From Hyphomicrobium sp. (GTDB lineage Bacteria; Pseudomonadota; Alphaproteobacteria; Rhizobiales; Hyphomicrobiaceae), in the NCBI GenBank assembly GCA_031378895.1, contig JANNEP010000011.1:6685-70684 (forward strand): a stretch of 64,000 bases of DNA, in the 5' to 3' direction. Position 1 is the stretch's first letter, and every line of letters begins with the position of its first letter. Below are positions 26,816-36,738 of this stretch, in pieces. A program made the position numbers and the translations under genes. The notes under the pieces were generated by a model. The model searched no databases. It was not told the origin of the DNA and was given only the letters and a program-made list of their open reading frames with translations.

Positions 26816-27022
26816 CTAGCCGAGCGTGCGCAGCTCGAGTTCGCTTTCCTTGGCGATGCGCTCATATAGCTCGGCGATGGTTTTGATGCGGTAGGTGCGC
26901 TCGCCGCCGCCCTCTTGAGGCAGAACCCGCAAGATCTTGTATTCGCGGATCGAGGCGGGAACCGTTGCCCGCGCCGGGTTGAAGTTGACCATCTGGCCAA
27001 CCTTGAACTTATCATTTGCCAC
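26816..27022 (-). CDS. Conserved small hypothetical protein (68 aa)
   Basis: GTG start with AAGGAGA RBS; DKFKVGQMV...YKILRVLP...YRIKT...ERIAKESEL. Confidence 0.75.
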   Translation of the reverse strand: MANDKFKVGQMVNFNPARATVPASIREYKILRVLPQEGGGERTYRIKTIAELYERIAKESELELRTLG

Positions 27023-27250
27023 GCGTTGTCTCCTTGCCGTTTGCACGGCGGCTGCAACGTAACTGTTGCCGGGGTCTGCGAAGCGTGCAGGCCGCCGAAA
27101 AATCGCGATTGGGCGTTCAAGAAACGCACGCGACGGCAAGATCTGCAGACAAAGTATACCACAGTCTGTATTCCCGCGGCGGGTCCTGACCTCAGGCCAT
27201 GGCACTATGACGCGATATTTACCGATTAACCGGCCAGAATGCGCCGGAAA

Positions 27251-27520
27251 TCAGCAACAGCGGCTGATTTTGCCGCCGTTGGCGCCATAGCGGTTGGCCT
27301 GGCGCTCACGGAAAAAGTCCTCGTAGGTCATGACCGGCTCACCGGGATGCACAGTGTTGCGATGCGCAACATAGGCCTCGTAATCCGGCACGCCGACCAT
27401 CAGCCGTGCCGTGCGGACGAGCTTGGTACAAAAACGAATGAAGCCGCGTTCTCCGCTCTGCTCCCTCTCCCCTCGGGGAGAGGGTTGGGGTGGGGAGGTG
27501 TATGAGACATGATCTTTCAT
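27251..27520 (-). CDS. YbdD/YjiX (DUF466) family CstA-associated small protein with repeat-derived N-terminal insert
   Basis: ARLMVGVPDYEAYVAH...PVMTYEDFFRERQANRY...RCC; immediately downstream of cstA. Confidence 0.9.
   Translation of the reverse strand: MKDHVSYTSPPQPSPRGEREQSGERGFIRFCTKLVRTARLMVGVPDYEAYVAHRNTVHPGEPVMTYEDFFRERQANRYGANGGKISRCC
27461..27495. repeat. CCCCTCCCC-type palindromic repeat inside the ybdD reading frame
   Basis: CTCCCTCTCCCCTCGGGGAGAGGGTTGGGGTGGGG, same family as 942-981. Confidence 0.8.
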
Positions 27521-27525
27521 CCCGC

Positions 27526-29586
27526 TCACTCCGCTGCCGCCAGGGCCGCGCCCGAGGTCTCGCTGGCCGACACGTTCGGATCGGAAAGCGCCCGCCAAAT
27601 TGTGGCCAGGGCAAAGCCGATCATTGTCACGACAAGCACGACGAGCAGCGCTGCCATTGTCGCGTTCACCGTGTCGTTGAAAACGATGCGTTGCATCTGC
27701 GCGACGGTTTTTGCCGGAGCTAAGAGCTCGCCGTTCGCCAGTGCGGTACTAAACTTTTCCATGTGCGACAAGAAACCAATGGCCGGGTTCGGGTTGAACA
27801 GCTTATGCCCCGCCGCTGTCAGCGTGCACAAAGCCACCCAGCTTGCAGGCACCGCCGTCACCCAGGCATAGCGCTCGCGCTTCATCTTGAACAAAACGAC
27901 CGTGCACAGGATCAGCGCGATGCAGGCCAGCATCTGATTGGCGATCCCGAACAGTGGCCACAGCGTGTTGATGCCGCCGAGCGGATCGACGACGCCCTGA
28001 TACAGAAAATAGCCCCAGCCCGACACGGCGAGTGCCGTCGCAGCAATATTCGCGGTCCACGAGCGCGTATCCTTGAAGGCTGGCGCGTAGCTGCCGATCA
28101 GATCCTGAATCATGAAGCGGGCGACGCGCGTGCCGGCATCGATCGTCGTTAGAATAAAGAGCGCTTCAAACAGGATCGCAAAGTGGTACCAGAACGCCAT
28201 CAGCGCCTTGCCGCCGATGGCGCTCGACAAAATTTCGGCCATGCCGACTGCCAGCGTTGGCGCGCCGCCGGTGCGCGACAGAATCGTTGATTCGCCAACA
28301 TTCTTGGCGGCGTCGGTCAGCATCTGCGGGGTGACCGTGAAGCCCCAGTTCGAAATCACCTGGGCTGCCGCCTCGGGCGTCGTGCCGATCAGCGCTGCAG
28401 GTGCGTTCATGGCGAAATAGATGCCTGGCTCCAGCGTGCAGGCGGCAATGAGCGCCATGATCGCAACGAAGCTCTCCATCAGCATGGCGCCATAGCCGAT
28501 AAGCCGCGCGTTAAGCTCGTTGTCGAGCATCTTCGGCGTCGTGCCGGACGAGACGAGGGAATGAAATCCCGAGACCGCACCGCAGGCAATCGTAATGAAT
28601 AAGAACGGAAACAGCGATCCGGCAAACACCGGGCCGCTGCCGTCGATGAATCGCGTCACCGCTGGCATTTTGAGATCGGGGCTCACGAACAGAATGCCGA
28701 GTGCGAGGCCGAGGATCGTGCCAATTTTCAGGAACGTCGAGAGATAGTCACGCGGCGCCAGCAGCACCCAAACGGGGAGCACGGAGGCAATAAATCCATA
28801 GGCGATCAGCATCATCGACAGTTGCTCGCCGGTGAACGTGAACATTGGCCCGAGCACCGGGTCGGCGGCAACATGCTCGCCGTAGACGATCGACGCCATC
28901 AGCGCCGCAAACCCGATCAGCGACATCTCGCCGATCTTGCCCGGCCGCAGATAGCGCCCATAGACGCCCATGAACACCGCAATCGGGATCGTGGCTGCAA
29001 CCGTGAACGTGCCCCACGGACTTTGCGCCAAGGCTTTGACGACGACGAGCGCGAGCACGGCAAGCAAGATGACCATGATCATCAACACGCCGATCATGGC
29101 GATGGTACCGGCCGTCTGGCCCATTTCGGCGCGGATCATGTCGCCGAGCGAGCGTCCGTCGCGGCGTGTCGAGGCCCACAGCACGATGAAATCCTGCACC
29201 GCGCCCGCGAACACGACGCCAGCGAGCAGCCACAGCGTTCCGGGCAGGTAACCCATCTGGGCAGCCAGCACCGGGCCGACGAGGGGGCCCGCGCCCGCAA
29301 TCGCCGCGAAGTGGTGACCGAACAAAACGTTCTTATCTGTCGGGCAATAGTCGAGGCCGTCGTTGAAACGGTTCGCCGGTGTCGGGCGGTTGGCGTCGAG
29401 GCCAAGCACGCGGTCCGCAATGAATTTTGAGTAGAAGCGGTAGGCAAGCAGGTAGACGCAGACGCTGGCTGCGACCAGCCAGATGGCGTTGATGGTTTCG
29501 CCGCGTGACAGGGCGACGACGCCGAGCGAGACCGCGCCGAGGATCGCGACCGCCAGCCAGCCGAGCTTTTCTTTGAGTGACGTCAT
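27526..29586 (-). CDS. cstA: Carbon starvation protein A (CstA/BtsT-family transporter)
   Basis: FGHHFAAIAGAGPLVGPVLAAQMGY, APRDYLSTFLK, ACGAVSGFHSL, HFAILFEALFILT. Confidence 0.97.
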   Translation of the reverse strand: MTSLKEKLGWLAVAILGAVSLGVVALSRGETINAIWLVAASVCVYLLAYRFYSKFIADRVLGLDANRPTPANRFNDGLDYCPTDKNVLFGHHFAAIAGAGPLVGPVLAAQMGYLPGTLWLLAGVVFAGAVQDFIVLWASTRRDGRSLGDMIRAEMGQTAGTIAMIGVLMIMVILLAVLALVVVKALAQSPWGTFTVAATIPIAVFMGVYGRYLRPGKIGEMSLIGFAALMASIVYGEHVAADPVLGPMFTFTGEQLSMMLIAYGFIASVLPVWVLLAPRDYLSTFLKIGTILGLALGILFVSPDLKMPAVTRFIDGSGPVFAGSLFPFLFITIACGAVSGFHSLVSSGTTPKMLDNELNARLIGYGAMLMESFVAIMALIAACTLEPGIYFAMNAPAALIGTTPEAAAQVISNWGFTVTPQMLTDAAKNVGESTILSRTGGAPTLAVGMAEILSSAIGGKALMAFWYHFAILFEALFILTTIDAGTRVARFMIQDLIGSYAPAFKDTRSWTANIAATALAVSGWGYFLYQGVVDPLGGINTLWPLFGIANQMLACIALILCTVVLFKMKRERYAWVTAVPASWVALCTLTAAGHKLFNPNPAIGFLSHMEKFSTALANGELLAPAKTVAQMQRIVFNDTVNATMAALLVVLVVTMIGFALATIWRALSDPNVSASETSGAALAAAE

Positions 29587-29682
29587 GCCGTCAAAGTCTC
29601 CCGGGGGTGTTCGAGCGTGTCCGATTGTCCCAGAGTTTATATCAGGTTGCACGCGCCGTCAGTCACCCACGCGACACGGGCA

Positions 29683-29806
29683 CTCTGTTGGGCGCTGCCG
29701 ACTCCCCTTACAGAGTGCCGACCGGCAGCGCCGGAAGTCCGGAGCTTGCGGCCGGCTGCGCGGAGCGCAGCCGCTGGGCGCTAGGCATTAGAGAGTCGCA
29801 CGCGCC
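29683..29806. repeat. Inverted doublet of the bulged GNA-triloop hairpin repeat
   Basis: Minus copy GGCGCTGCCG-GTCG-GCACTCT-GTA-AGGGGAGT-CGGCAGCGCC-CAACAGAG (29683-29732); plus copy GCG-GCCG-GCTGCGC-GGA-GCGCAGC-CGC (29748-29774); extra 3' half GAGAGTCGCACGCGCC (29791-29806). Confidence 0.75.
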
Positions 29807-29818
29807 AGGAAAAGCGCA

Positions 29819-30065
29819 TCACAACCGCTACTTCGCAAATGCGCGACCCGAACCCGATTTGAGATATTTCTCGAACGCGAATGCCTGTTTCTCGTCCGAA
29901 AAGGCAACGTAGGTTTTGACCGTCCAAGGAGCAAATTTGGTTGTGTTGGGATACTTCCAGCGCGTTGTGCTTCTTCAAACGCGCATCGACGTCATCCGTT
30001 ACGCCAGTATAAAAGCGGTCGGGAAAGCTGATGCTTTGAAGGATGCAAACAAATTTCAAGCGCAT
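29819..30065 (-). pseudogene. Small GIY-YIG nuclease pseudogene
   Basis: Removing 1 nt at ~29946 gives MRLKFVCILQS...RFYTGVTDDVDARLKKHN...SHTTKFAPWTVKTYVAFSDEKQAFAFEKYLKSGSGRAFAK*RL; in-frame TAG at 29828-29830. Confidence 0.85.
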
Positions 30066-30069
30066 GATA

Positions 30070-30177
30070 TGCGCCCGCCTGCGTTGCTGCGCAACTTCGG
30101 CGCGGCAGCCTCCGCGTCTCTGCGCGCTTTCATCCCGGCAATGGCTTGCCGAGCCGAAGCTCGCTAGAAGCGGAGGC
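30070..30177 (-). repeat. tRNA-3'-anchored multi-palindromic element
   Basis: GCCTCCGC/GCGGAGGC IR (30170-30177 with 30108-30115) interleaved with CTTCGGCTCGGCAAGCC/GGCTGCCGCGCCGAAG IR; begins at the base after CCA. Confidence 0.7.
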
Positions 30178-30253
<76 letters not shown>

Positions 30254-30346
30254 GAACCAATGGGAACGAGGAGGACTTAAAGCCCCCATCGCGTCTCGCC
30301 TGATAAGTCGTTCAAGCGGAAACATCAAGTTAGATTGTCTGCGCGT

Positions 30347-30727
30347 CTAAACTTCTTCCTCGCCTTCGGCAGGTCCGCCGACAATGTTCGAGACGTTGCC
30401 GCCCTCTTCCTCTTCTTCTTCAAGGAAAGTCTCATCATCTGCGGCGACCGTCGTGTCGTCGGTTTCAACGTCGGCGAGCGCCTCTTCGCCTTCAACGGCT
30501 GGCAATTCCGTCGCCGCTTCGGCTTCTTCGACGAACACGGGCTTCTTCGGCCGGCGCAGTGCCGCGCGTTCCTCGGCCTGCAGCGCTGCGAGGGCCGCTG
30601 GGGAGGAGGCGATCACGTATTTGGCCCCGCAATGGGGGCACAGAATCGGGGTCTTTTCGAGATCGTAAAAGCGCTCGTCGCAGCTCTGACAGCTGCGCTT
30701 GATCCCGCGCGCTAACTTGGTCGCCAT
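30347..30727 (-). CDS. TIGR02300 (FYDLN acid) family protein
   Basis: GIKRSCQSCDERFYDLEKTPILCPHCG plus acidic tail. Confidence 0.92.
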   Translation of the reverse strand: MATKLARGIKRSCQSCDERFYDLEKTPILCPHCGAKYVIASSPAALAALQAEERAALRRPKKPVFVEEAEAATELPAVEGEEALADVETDDTTVAADDETFLEEEEEEGGNVSNIVGGPAEGEEEV

Positions 30728-30844
30728 GGAGGGGCCTCAGGTGGTTTTTGAAATGAGAACGCCGGTCTGCCATAGGCGCTGGGGCCTGTCAAAACTAATC
30801 CTGAGGGGTTTGCACGCCTGCGGCAGTAGAGCCGCGGATCCAGC

Positions 30845-32318
<1,474 letters not shown>

Positions 32319-32333
32319 CGGACCGGGGGCAAG

Positions 32334-33416
32334 ATGCCGAATTTCGTATCCTTCATGGAGTGCGTGAATGGTCCAAGTCCGGGGTGTCTCACGCTCGCCG
32401 AATTTCTCATTCCGGTCGTCCTCTTCGCGGCGTTGATCGCCGCTGGCGTTTCGGTCGCGCGGCGGAATCGCGACGCGTACCTGCGCCTGCTCCGGCGCGG
32501 GTTTCTTGCAAGCCTGACAGTTCTCGCCCTCAGCGTTATCGCCATTGGCTGGTTTCTCGCCACCGATCCTAAGACGGTCACCGGTGTTGAAACATCTGCG
32601 GCGTCGCAGACGCTGTGGATCCTCGCCATCACCCTGTTTGGAACGGGATTTTCACTGCTTGTTGGGATGGTGGGGTTCTGTCTCGGCGGCTGGCTCTCAG
32701 GGCGCTTCAAGCCAGGCCAGCTGAATTCAGGCCAGCTTAATTCAGGCCAGCTTAATTCGGGCGATGTAAAGCGCCCAAGCGCCCAAGGCCTCGTCATCGC
32801 CATCGACGGACCGGCGGCGTCCGGCAAGGGCACGCTTGCCAAGCGCATTGCGGCGCACCTTAATCTTCCCTGCCTCGACACAGGCTTGCTCTACCGTGCC
32901 GTCGCCCGCGACGTCATTGAGCGCGGCGGAAAACTCGAGGATGTCCCGGCGGCTGTCGCCGCGGCGCGAAGTCTTGATCCCAAATCTCTGGATGATCCGG
33001 CACTCCGCGGCCCGGCGGCTGGAGATGCAGCGTCGATGATCGCCAAGATCCCTGATGTGCGCGCGGCCCTCCTCGACTATCAGCGCACGTTCGCGTGCCA
33101 GCCCGGCGGTGCCGTGCTCGACGGCCGCGACATCGGCACCGTCGTCTGCCCCGGCGCCGATATCAAAATTTATGTGACCGCCACGCCCGAAGAACGGGCC
33201 CGCCGCCGCCACCTCGAGCACACGTCGCGTGGCGAGACCGTGGCCTACGACACCGTGCTGGCTGACATCCGCCGCCGCGACGCCCGCGACTCCGGCCGCG
33301 ACATTGCGCCGATGGAAGCGGCGGCCGACGCGGTTCGGCTCGATACGACAAAGCTCGACGCGGATCAGGCGTTTGCGGCGGCGTTGAAGCTGATCGGGAA
33401 GCGTAGGGCGCATTAG
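32334..33416 (+). CDS. cmk: Cytidylate kinase with in-frame N-terminal membrane domain
   Basis: IAIDGPAASGKGT at aa 154+, LDTGLLYRA, LDGRDIGTVV; first ~125 aa contain three hydrophobic segments. Confidence 0.9.
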   Translation: MPNFVSFMECVNGPSPGCLTLAEFLIPVVLFAALIAAGVSVARRNRDAYLRLLRRGFLASLTVLALSVIAIGWFLATDPKTVTGVETSAASQTLWILAITLFGTGFSLLVGMVGFCLGGWLSGRFKPGQLNSGQLNSGQLNSGDVKRPSAQGLVIAIDGPAASGKGTLAKRIAAHLNLPCLDTGLLYRAVARDVIERGGKLEDVPAAVAAARSLDPKSLDDPALRGPAAGDAASMIAKIPDVRAALLDYQRTFACQPGGAVLDGRDIGTVVCPGADIKIYVTATPEERARRRHLEHTSRGETVAYDTVLADIRRRDARDSGRDIAPMEAAADAVRLDTTKLDADQAFAAALKLIGKRRAH

Positions 33417-33598
33417 CTTTGCACCCTGCACGCGTGCAAAGCGTAATGCGCCGCAGGGCAGCGAGTGCGAGTGGAGCCGTTCGAAGTCTTGGCTTGGCGC
33501 TTGGCCGGGCCGTAATGCGCCGCATGGTAGCGGGCACCGGCACCAGCATCACGGTGCAATACGCCACGGAGTGCAGAGCCGTGTCTATTGCACCCTAC
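33403..33598. repeat. GTAG-type REP doublet
   Basis: GTAG-GGCGCATTA..TAATGCGCC (33403-33452) and reverse GTAG-GGTGCAATA..TATTGCACC (33553-33598), plus an internal half copy at ~33511. Confidence 0.85.
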
Positions 33599-33740
33599 AA
33601 GCTTTCGTTTTTATTGCCGGCCACGCGAGCCGCGGTTGCTTTTTCAACACTCTGATCTTTTGTTCGCCGTTAACATATGGCGCAGCATTCCCGAATCAGA
33701 AAAGAGTAAACTTTGGGTTTGTTGGGGCGGGGGCCTGTTT

Positions 33741-34433
33741 ATGATCCGTAAATTGCGCATTCTAACAATCGCAGGTTTGAGCATATTCGCCGCCGCCGCC
33801 GCCACCGCTTACGCGGGCGACACAGCGCCTTCAGACCAAAGCGGGTTTTACATTCTTGGGCGGCTCGGCACCGCCCTGCCGATTGAACAAGACATCCGCA
33901 ATCCGATTTTTGGCAAAGGCGACTACGACCCCGACGACGGCTTTGGTCTCGAAGGCGCCGCCGGCAAGTATTTCGGCGACGGGTGGCGTGCTGAAATTTC
34001 ATACAAGTGGTTGCGCGGATCGGACGGCACGGCCAGCTTCGACATCGGGCCGGTGTTCCAGCTCGACGGGCACGGACAATCTCAAACTGTGCTGTTCAAC
34101 GTGCTGAAGACAGTTGGCAGTTTCGATACACTGTTTGGCACCATTTCTCCATTTGTTGGCGCCGGTGTTGGCTTCTCGAGCCTTGACCGCAGCGACATAA
34201 AGCTTGTCGGCTTTGGCACGATACCGGGAGACAACACCGAGACGGTGTTCGCTGCCGCCGCTCACCTCGGCTACGATGTGAATTTGGCGCCCGGCGTGAC
34301 CCTCAGTTCGCAATGGTCGTTCCAATACGCGGATGAAGCGACGTTCAAAGGGGCGTTTTTCGGTGCTGACCTCGTACGAGAGTCACAAATTCAGATCTCG
34401 ACATTTACCGGTCTGCGCATCGATCTAAACTAA
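33741..34433 (+). CDS. Outer-membrane beta-barrel protein (8-strand OMP type)
   Basis: Signal peptide, SGFYILGRLG, GWRAEISY, PFVGAGVG, C-terminal FTGLRIDLN. Confidence 0.8.
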   Translation: MIRKLRILTIAGLSIFAAAAATAYAGDTAPSDQSGFYILGRLGTALPIEQDIRNPIFGKGDYDPDDGFGLEGAAGKYFGDGWRAEISYKWLRGSDGTASFDIGPVFQLDGHGQSQTVLFNVLKTVGSFDTLFGTISPFVGAGVGFSSLDRSDIKLVGFGTIPGDNTETVFAAAAHLGYDVNLAPGVTLSSQWSFQYADEATFKGAFFGADLVRESQIQISTFTGLRIDLN

Positions 34434-34805
34434 AATTTCGCGCGCTGAGCCGCTGCGGATTGCCGTGGCAGCCCCGTTTTAAGCACTGTTGAGACGGCAT
34501 AAGCACAGCGCCAAAACCCCCTTGCCGTCTGATCGGACGTCCGTTATACCCGGCCCATTCGACGCCGCTGTCGGATTGATCAAGAGGAAGATCGGCTGGC
34601 CGGGACCTGCGAAGCGCAGGCCCAAATTGTTGCCAGCAGGCCAGAGTGCCCATCACGGCGGCATCAACTCCAAACGTTTGGCCTCTTAAGGTTCGCGCCT
34701 CCGCGTCTGCGGATTAGCGCTTTTCGAGGCCCTCAACATCTCGCAACAAATCGCCTGCGCCGCCCAAAGGCAGCGTGAGCCTCAGCCCGTTTAGAAGGAG
34801 ACTGA

Positions 34806-36524
34806 ATGTCAGCCCAACTGAGTAAAGAAATGAGCCCGTCGATTGATGACTTCGCGGCGATGCTGGCCGAGAGCCTGGCCAAGGATGATCTTTTTGAAGG
34901 CAGCGTCATTAAAGGCAAAGTCGTCTCGATCGAAAAGGACATGGCCGTCATCGACGTCGGCCTGAAGATGGAAGGCCGCGTTGCGGTCAAAGAATTCAAT
35001 ATGAGCGGCACGCCCGACCTCAAGGTCGGCGACACGGTCGAGGTTTACCTGGAGCGCGTTGAAAATGCGCTCGGAGAAGCCGTCCTTTCGCGTGACAAGG
35101 CGCGGCGTGAAGAAAGCTGGACCCGCCTCGAGCGCCTGCACGAAAAGGGCGAGAAGGTCACGGGCGTTATCTTCAATAAGGTCAAGGGCGGATTTACTGT
35201 CGATCTCGACGGCGCCTTCGCGTTTTTGCCCGGTTCTAAGGTCGATATCCGCCCGGTGCGCGATATTGGGCCGCTGATGCATCAGCAGCAGCCGTTCCAG
35301 ATTCTCAAAATGGATCGCCGCCGCGGCAACATCGTGGTGTCGCGCCGCTCGGTTCTCGAAGAAAGCCGCGCCGAACAGCGCACCGAAATCGTCGCCCGTT
35401 TAGCCGAAGGTCAAGTCATCGATGGTCTCGTCAAGAACATCACCGACTACGGCGCCTTCATCGATCTCGGCGGCATCGACGGCCTCTTGCACGTCACCGA
35501 CATGGCCTGGCGGCGTGTCAACCATCCGTCGGAAATCCTCAACGTCGGCGATACCGTTAAGGTGCAGATCATCCGCATCAACCCGGAAACCCAGCGTATT
35601 TCGCTCGGTATGAAGCAGCTGCAGTCGGATCCGTGGTCGGCTATCGCCGAGAAGTATCCGGTCGGCGCCAAGATCAAGGGCACGGTCACGAACATCGCCG
35701 ACTACGGCGCCTTCGTTGAACTTGAGCCCGGCGTCGAAGGCTTGATCCACGTCTCGGAAATGAGCTGGACCAAGAAGAACACGCACCCTGGCAAGATCGT
35801 CTCGACCAGCCAGCAGGTCGAAGTCCAGGTGCTCGAAGTTGATCCGCAGAAGCGGCGCATTTCGCTCGGCCTGAAACAGACCCAGGACAACCCGTGGGAT
35901 TCATTCCTCACAGCACACCCGAAGGGCTCGATCGTCGAAGGTCCGATCCGCAACATCACCGAGTTCGGCCTGTTCATCGGTCTCGACAACGGTGTCGACG
36001 GCATGGTGCACCTCTCCGACCTCGACTGGCAGAAAGCCGGCGACGAAGCCATCAAGGACTATAAGAAGGGTGACACCGTCAAAGCCGTTGTCCTCGACGT
36101 CGATGGTTCGAAGGAGCGCATCTCGCTCGGCGTCAAGCAGCTTGGCGGCGACCCCGTCGACGCGATGGCGAAGTTCAAGAAGGGCGACGCCGTCACCTGC
36201 ACCGTCACCGTGGTTTCGGAGGCCGGTATCGAGGTCAAGGTTGCCGACAGCGATCTGACGGCGTTCGTCAAGCGCGGCGATCTCTCTCGCGACCGCTCCG
36301 AGCAGCGCCCTGAGCGCTTCAACGTTGGCGATAAGGTCGATGCGGCGGTGTTGTCCGTCGACAAGGCTGCGCGCAAGCTCGCCGTATCGATCAAAGCCCT
36401 CGAAATGGCTGAGGAGAAGCAAGCCGTCGCACAGTACGGATCGACGGACTCGGGCGCTTCGCTTGGCGATATCTTCAAGGCTGCCATCAAGAAACGCGAG
36501 ACAACGGATGACGACGCAGAGTAA
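34806..36524 (+). CDS. rpsA: 30S ribosomal protein S1
   Basis: Six S1 repeats; DYGAFIDLGGIDGLLHVTD; strong AGAAGGAG RBS. Confidence 0.99.
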   Translation: MSAQLSKEMSPSIDDFAAMLAESLAKDDLFEGSVIKGKVVSIEKDMAVIDVGLKMEGRVAVKEFNMSGTPDLKVGDTVEVYLERVENALGEAVLSRDKARREESWTRLERLHEKGEKVTGVIFNKVKGGFTVDLDGAFAFLPGSKVDIRPVRDIGPLMHQQQPFQILKMDRRRGNIVVSRRSVLEESRAEQRTEIVARLAEGQVIDGLVKNITDYGAFIDLGGIDGLLHVTDMAWRRVNHPSEILNVGDTVKVQIIRINPETQRISLGMKQLQSDPWSAIAEKYPVGAKIKGTVTNIADYGAFVELEPGVEGLIHVSEMSWTKKNTHPGKIVSTSQQVEVQVLEVDPQKRRISLGLKQTQDNPWDSFLTAHPKGSIVEGPIRNITEFGLFIGLDNGVDGMVHLSDLDWQKAGDEAIKDYKKGDTVKAVVLDVDGSKERISLGVKQLGGDPVDAMAKFKKGDAVTCTVTVVSEAGIEVKVADSDLTAFVKRGDLSRDRSEQRPERFNVGDKVDAAVLSVDKAARKLAVSIKALEMAEEKQAVAQYGSTDSGASLGDIFKAAIKKRETTDDDAE

Positions 36525-36568
36525 TTTGCGCGCCGGCTTCTCTGAACTATGTTTCTGAACTATGTTAA

Positions 36569-36599
36569 TGAGCGCGCGGCAGTCTCTGCCGCGCGCTCA
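36569..36599 (+). terminator. Strong hairpin after rpsA
   Basis: TGAGCGCGCGGCAG-TCT-CTGCCGCGCGCTCA, 14-bp perfect stem; weak U-tract. Confidence 0.6.
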
Positions 36600-36738
36600 A
36601 CTCTTAAGATGACTTCGTTAGCCCATGGACGGTCTCAGGGTTGCTGGCGGCCCGAACCTTGCCTAACTTAGGCTGAGGTGGCGAATATCTATCGGTTGCC
36701 CGGCCCCGAAACCTTGGCCGGGCGGAATTCAAGAGGCT

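Noticed and set aside
27248-27256. Selenocysteine read-through at the ybdD TGA
   Set aside because: The protein already ends in Cys-Cys before TGA, which is the non-Sec form, and I see no convincing SECIS hairpin downstream.
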